From positions 374,020 through 438,019 of the forward strand of contig CAWCWL010000006.1 in assembly GCA_963799235.1 (NCBI GenBank): 64,000 nucleotides of DNA. Direction: 5' to 3'. Position numbers and translations under genes: made by a program. Positions 59,719 through 64,000 of the stretch are shown in pieces; position 1 is the stretch's first letter; every line of letters begins with the position of its first letter. The notes under the pieces are model-generated. The model was not told the DNA's origin. It did no database searches and worked only from the letters and a program-made list of their open reading frames with translations. Source of the DNA: an uncultured Actinomycetota bacterium. Its GTDB lineage: Bacteria; Actinomycetota; Actinomycetes; Propionibacteriales; Propionibacteriaceae.

Positions 59719-60573
59719 CTAGAAGACGGGCTTGCCTCCGGTGACGCCGACGACCGTGCCACTGACGTAGCTGGCTTCGTCCGAGGCAAGGAAGACATAG
59801 GCGGCGGCAACCTCCACCGGCTGCCCGGCGCGGCCCAGCGGTGTGTCGGATCCGAATGACTCCACCTTCTCCGGCTCCATCGTCGCCGGGATCAACGGCG
59901 TCCAGATGGGCCCAGGCGCCACGGCGTTCACCCGGATTCCCCGCTGACCGAGTTCTGAGGCCAGGTTAACGGTGAGGTTGTTGAGCGCCGCCTTCGTCGC
60001 TGCGTAGTCGAGGAGGTGCGACGACGGGCTGTAGGCCTGGATGGAGGTGGTCACGATGATGCTGCCACCGGCTCCGAGCTGCTTCGCCGCGACCTGGGCG
60101 AGCCAGAAGGTGGAAAAGACGTTCGTGGCGAAGGTGCGCTCGATCTGCTCCGGCGGGAACTTCTCGAGCTCGTCATAGCTCTTCTGGAAACCGGCGTTGC
60201 ACACCAGCACATCCAGCCCGCCCAGTTCCGCCACCGCATCGCTCGCCACCTGGCTGCAGGCTTCATGGGTGCGCAGGTCTGCCGGGACAAGCGCGCAGTG
60301 CTGGCCGAACCCTCGAACGATCCGTGCCGTCTCGGCAGCATCGGCTTCCTCCTCGGGCAGGAACGAGATGGCCACGTCTGCCCCTTCGCGAGCGAACACC
60401 ACCGCGACGGCGCGACCGATGCCGGAATCGCCGCCGGTGATCAGAGCACGCTTGCCCTGCAGTCGCTGCCGCGGCGTCCAGCTCTGCTCGCCATGGTCCG
60501 GCTTCGGCTGCAACTCCGCCTCGCTGCCCGGCCATTCCTGCTGCTGGGCCGGGATCTTCGTCAGTTCTGACAT
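59719..60573 (-). CDS. SDR-family oxidoreductase (YdaD/general-stress-protein-39-like)
   Basis: Contains GKRALITGGDSGIGRAVAV...NAG...YAATKAA.... ATG 60573 is preceded by GAAGGGGAG; the track ORF extends to 60642. Confidence 0.85.
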   Translation of the reverse strand: MSELTKIPAQQQEWPGSEAELQPKPDHGEQSWTPRQRLQGKRALITGGDSGIGRAVAVVFAREGADVAISFLPEEEADAAETARIVRGFGQHCALVPADLRTHEACSQVASDAVAELGGLDVLVCNAGFQKSYDELEKFPPEQIERTFATNVFSTFWLAQVAAKQLGAGGSIIVTTSIQAYSPSSHLLDYAATKAALNNLTVNLASELGQRGIRVNAVAPGPIWTPLIPATMEPEKVESFGSDTPLGRAGQPVEVAAAYVFLASDEASYVSGTVVGVTGGKPVF

Positions 60574-60657
60574 CGATGGCTCCCCTTCGTCGGTAGGACT
60601 CCCGGGCGGGATACCCGTCTGGTGCCCTGCTGAATCGGTCACACCTGCGTCCGCCCG

Positions 60658-61299
60658 CTACAGCACGACGATGGCGGCAGCCCACGCCCCCGCCAGCAGC
60701 GCCGGAGCGATGCGGGGCTGTGCGAGCCGGCGAACCGCCCAGCTCACGCCGAACACCACGAGTGACCAGAGCAGGGCCAACGCCATGGGCTGCCACCCGA
60801 AGGCCCCTGCGGCCAGCCCCACGACGGCGGCGACCCTCACCTCGACCTCCCCGGCACGTCCGCCGGCGAGGCGCCTCGCCGCCAGCCCGACACCGCCGAG
60901 GATGAGCAGGCCCACCGGGGCGGTGAGCAGGGCCTCCGCACGCCCGGTGAAGGCAATGTTGACGATGATTCCGTTGGCGGTGAAGAAGGCCGCGGCCGCG
61001 AGCACTCTCTCGGCCGAGCCGATGCCGGTGGCCAGCACCGCGAGCAGCCAGGGACCGATGACGGCGAGCGGCAGCCAGACCAGCGCGGCCGAGGGCTGGG
61101 CGGACATCGCCGTCCTCAGGCCGAGGGTCACTGCGACGGCCGGTGCGACCCAGCGGATTCGCTCGAGTCCTCCGTCAACCATTGCACTGGTCCCCCGTGG
61201 GCCGCCGGCCCGCCGCACCAGCCGCTCCTGCGACCTGCCAACGCCCGCTCCCACGACGGCGGCCGCCGCCGCCAGTCCCAGCATCGTCAATGGTGTCAT
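60658..61299 (-). CDS. hypothetical polytopic membrane protein
   Basis: 213-aa Ala/Gly/Leu-rich ORF with about 6 hydrophobic segments. A weak resemblance to A24 prepilin-peptidase cores (..GGRAGEVEVRVAAVVGLAAG..) is unverified. Confidence 0.45.
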   Translation of the reverse strand: MTPLTMLGLAAAAAVVGAGVGRSQERLVRRAGGPRGTSAMVDGGLERIRWVAPAVAVTLGLRTAMSAQPSAALVWLPLAVIGPWLLAVLATGIGSAERVLAAAAFFTANGIIVNIAFTGRAEALLTAPVGLLILGGVGLAARRLAGGRAGEVEVRVAAVVGLAAGAFGWQPMALALLWSLVVFGVSWAVRRLAQPRIAPALLAGAWAAAIVVL

Positions 61300-61484
61300 C
61301 TCGCCTCCGCTGGCATCCCCTTACCCGCTGGGCCGCGGTGACGCACCTGGCGGGCGGTCGCACGTATCACCGAGCCGAAGAGGGGGCGCGGGCGGGGTTT
61401 GGCCGCCCACCACAAGGGTTACAGGCCCAGGTACCCACACCCACCGTGCGCCTCATCGTCGGCGCACCACCCGAACGGAGCGTC

Positions 61485-63671
61485 ATGGCCACCACCCCAC
61501 CGCCGGTGTCCGGGGCACCCTCCCCCGAGCAGCCCAGCTACGACGAGCCCACCGTCCCGAACGGTCCGCTTCCCCCGAAGGACGATCAGCGGGGCCCCGA
61601 TCCGCACACAGCGACCGGCGCTCCGCTGGACGTACCCGACACCATGCTGGGCCAGCAGGGCACCCGGCTCACCACGAGCACGGGGACGCGGCTGCGCGAC
61701 ACCGACCATTCGCTCAAGGCGGGACCGCGCGGACCCCTGCTGCTGGCCGATCACCACCTTCGGGAGAAGATCACCCACTTCGACCACGAGCGGATCCCGG
61801 AGCGGGTGGTCCATGCCCGCGGCGCCGCCGCTCACGGAGTGTTCATCGGCAACGGCGCGGCCGAGGGTATCTGCCAGGCGGCCTTCCTCGGTGCCGGCGT
61901 CGAGACCGCCGTCTTCGTGCGGTTCTCGACGGTCCTCGGTTCGCGCGGCTCCGCCGACACGGTCAGGGACACGCGCGGATTCGCTGTGAAGTTCTACACC
62001 TCCGAAGGCGTGTACGACCTGGTCGGGAACAACATCCCGGTGTTCTTCATCCAGGACGGCATCAAGTTCCCCGACATCATCCACGCAGCCAAGCCGCATC
62101 CGGACCGCGAGATCCCGCAGGCACAGTCGGCCCACGACACGTTCTGGGACTTCGTCTCGCTGCACACCGAGGCGCAGCACCACACCATCTGGAACATGTC
62201 CGACCGGGGAATCCCGCGGTCCTACCGGATGATGGAGGGCTTCGGCGTCCATACCTTCAGGTTGGTGAACGCGGCCGGCGAGACCAGCCTTGTCAAGTTC
62301 CACTGGAAGCCGCGGCTGGGTGTGCACGGGCTCAGCTGGGAGGAGGCCCAGCTGCTGAGCGGGCTCGACCCCGACTATCACCGCCGCGATCTCGCGGACG
62401 CCATCGAGGCCGGAGCCTTCCCGCGGTGGGACCTGGGTGTCCAGGTCATGCCCGACACGGAGGACGAGATGTTCGAGGGCATCGACCTGCTCGATCCGAC
62501 CAAGATCGTGCCGGAGGAACTCTGCCCCGTGCAGGTGATCGGCACGCTCACCCTGAACGCCAATCCGGGCAACTACTTCGCGGAGACCGAGCAGGTTGCC
62601 TTCCACGTCGGGAACATGGTGCCGGGCATCGACGTCACCAACGATCCGCTGCTGCAGGTGCGCCTGTTCAGCTACATCGACACCCAGCTCACCCGCCTCG
62701 GCGGCCCGAACTTCAACCAACTGCCCATCAACCGTCCGCACGCCGGCGTGAACGACATGTTGCGCGACGGCATGCACCAGACGGCCGTGCATTCCGGGGT
62801 AGCTCCCTACCATCCCAACTCCCTGGACGGCGGCTGCCCGTTCCCCGGCGCCGAGGGCGCGTTCATCGAGGTCCCGCAACAGCTGCCACCCAGCACACGC
62901 GTGCGGGAGAACCCGGCCAGCTTCGCGGACCACTACAGCCAGGCGCGCCTGTTCTTCCGTTCGCTCACGCGGGTTGAGCGCGACCACGTCGTGGCCGCCT
63001 ACACCTTCGAACTGTCCCGCTGCTACGAGCAGGTGGTCCGCGAGCGCCAGTTGCAGCGTCTCGCGGAGATCGACACCACCCTTGCCGCAGCCGTGGCGAT
63101 GGGCCTCGGCCTACACGTGCCTGCACCGCAGGCACCCGACCGGGAGGAAGCCGTGTCGCCGGCACTGGCGATGATCGGGGGCACGTGGCCCGTCGAGGGA
63201 CGCTTGGTGGGGGTTGTCGTCGGCGAGGACGGAACCGGCGTCGCCGACGTCGTCGAGCAGCTGCGCGCCCATGGCCTCCAGCCCGTCGTCATCGCTCCCA
63301 CGGGCGGCACCGTCGACGGTGAGCCGGTGCAACGGCCCTACGCCGGCGCGGCCAGCGTCGAACTGGATGCCGTCGTGATCGCATCCCCGGCCCCGCCCGC
63401 TGCGGACGCCTGGCCGACCCTGGACGCCAAGGCAGCGACGACGGGCACCGACGACGTCGACGCCCGCATCGTGAAGCTGCTGGCCGAGGCGTGGCGACAC
63501 TCCAAGCCGATCGCCGCGCTCCCCTCCGCGAGCGAGGTGCTCGTAGGGGCCGCGGTGCCCCTCGACGGCGCGGGCGTCATCCTCGCCGATACGTCCGCAG
63601 CGGTCGCTGCGGTGGTGGACCTGCTGGCCCGGCACCGCGTGTGGCAACGATTCGAGCCCGTATCGAGCTGA
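61485..63671 (+). CDS. katE: large-subunit catalase (HPII type)
   Basis: Contains ...[41 protein letters not shown]...[27 protein letters not shown]... plus a C-terminal flavodoxin-like extension. ATG 61485 is preceded by GGAG; the track ORF starts at 61143. Confidence 0.95.
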   Translation: MATTPPPVSGAPSPEQPSYDEPTVPNGPLPPKDDQRGPDPHTATGAPLDVPDTMLGQQGTRLTTSTGTRLRDTDHSLKAGPRGPLLLADHHLREKITHFDHERIPERVVHARGAAAHGVFIGNGAAEGICQAAFLGAGVETAVFVRFSTVLGSRGSADTVRDTRGFAVKFYTSEGVYDLVGNNIPVFFIQDGIKFPDIIHAAKPHPDREIPQAQSAHDTFWDFVSLHTEAQHHTIWNMSDRGIPRSYRMMEGFGVHTFRLVNAAGETSLVKFHWKPRLGVHGLSWEEAQLLSGLDPDYHRRDLADAIEAGAFPRWDLGVQVMPDTEDEMFEGIDLLDPTKIVPEELCPVQVIGTLTLNANPGNYFAETEQVAFHVGNMVPGIDVTNDPLLQVRLFSYIDTQLTRLGGPNFNQLPINRPHAGVNDMLRDGMHQTAVHSGVAPYHPNSLDGGCPFPGAEGAFIEVPQQLPPSTRVRENPASFADHYSQARLFFRSLTRVERDHVVAAYTFELSRCYEQVVRERQLQRLAEIDTTLAAAVAMGLGLHVPAPQAPDREEAVSPALAMIGGTWPVEGRLVGVVVGEDGTGVADVVEQLRAHGLQPVVIAPTGGTVDGEPVQRPYAGAASVELDAVVIASPAPPAADAWPTLDAKAATTGTDDVDARIVKLLAEAWRHSKPIAALPSASEVLVGAAVPLDGAGVILADTSAAVAAVVDLLARHRVWQRFEPVSS

Positions 63672-63682
63672 GAGGAAGCACT

Positions 63683-64000
63683 ATGAGAGCTCTGACATGG
63701 CAGGGACGCAACGACGTCCGGGTCGCCGACGTGCCCGACCCGAAGATCGAGCTGCCCACCGACGCCGTGGTGCGGGTCACGTCCACGGCGATCTGCGGCT
63801 CAGACCTGCACCTGTACGGACCGTTGACCCCGTTCATGACCCCCGGAGACGTGCTCGGCCACGAGTTCATGGGGATCGTGGAGGAGGTCGGCGCAGACGT
63901 CAGGGGAATCGGCCCGGGCGATCGCGTCGTGGTGCCGTTCAACATCGCCTGCGGCGCCTGCTTCATGTGCGCCAAAGGGCTGCAGTCACAGTGCGAGACC
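63683..64000 (+). CDS. zinc-dependent alcohol/formaldehyde dehydrogenase, 5' part (runs off window)
   Basis: Hand translation gives [45 protein letters not shown]...[12 protein letters not shown]...[10 protein letters not shown]. It is not in the track because there is no stop within the window. Confidence 0.8.
   Translation, partial: MRALTWQGRNDVRVADVPDPKIELPTDAVVRVTSTAICGSDLHLYGPLTPFMTPGDVLGHEFMGIVEEVGADVRGIGPGDRVVVPFNIACGACFMCAKGLQSQCET

Noticed and set aside
60197-62977. A 926-aa plus-strand ORF spanning the SDR gene, the membrane protein gene and katE
   Set aside because: It is out of frame with the unmistakable catalase reading frame and antisense to the SDR gene. Its composition (Pro/Arg/Ala) is typical of an off-frame high-GC translation.

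Overview
This is a visibly high-GC actinobacterial chromosomal segment. All assignments come from reading motifs in the supplied translations and the DNA; no database or HMM search was possible.

Most of the window is a conserved housekeeping backbone. From memory, its gene order matches the mycobacterial Rv2419c-Rv2462c neighbourhood. In window order it runs: histidine phosphatase, rsfS, nadD, proA, proB, obg, rpmA, rplU, nadE, rne, radical-SAM pair, ndk, DUF4233, folC, valS, clpX, clpP2, clpP1, tig, tRNA-Gly.

Accessory genes are inserted into this backbone:
- a 7-TM double PQ-loop (SWEET-like) protein between proA and proB
- two tandem paralogous lipoproteins between rpmA and obg
- a decayed DUF559 gene, ada-alkA, ogt and a hydrolase between rplU and rne
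- SpoIID, SulP and GNAT genes splitting the radical-SAM pair
- AlkD-like, kinase-like and CPBP genes
- a MauE-like plus two DsbA-like module between folC and valS
- PTS EI/HPr
- an intact DUF559 gene plus a GNAT between clpP1 and tig

The first ~7.1 kb is visibly lower in GC. It is a polysaccharide-biosynthesis locus in which every recognisable gene (pyruvyl transferase, Wzx-like flippase, EpsG-like polymerase, GT1, GT2) is broken by frameshifts. The adjacent priming sugar transferase is intact.

proB also carries an apparent single-base frameshift.

The right end (from about 53 kb) holds tal, a convergent two-component pair, a UvrA paralogue, a YdaD-like SDR, an HPII catalase and a Zn-ADH.

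Three families of structured palindromic repeats sit at gene junctions. One copy is read through in frame inside ada-alkA.

I saw no CRISPR array, transposase, integrase or rRNA.

The observations I rate most worth follow-up are the MauE-DsbA-DsbA module, the 54-bp terminal-inverted-repeat element family (including the intragenic copy), the nested and tandem hairpin repeats, the embedded lipoprotein pair, and the pattern of selective gene decay.
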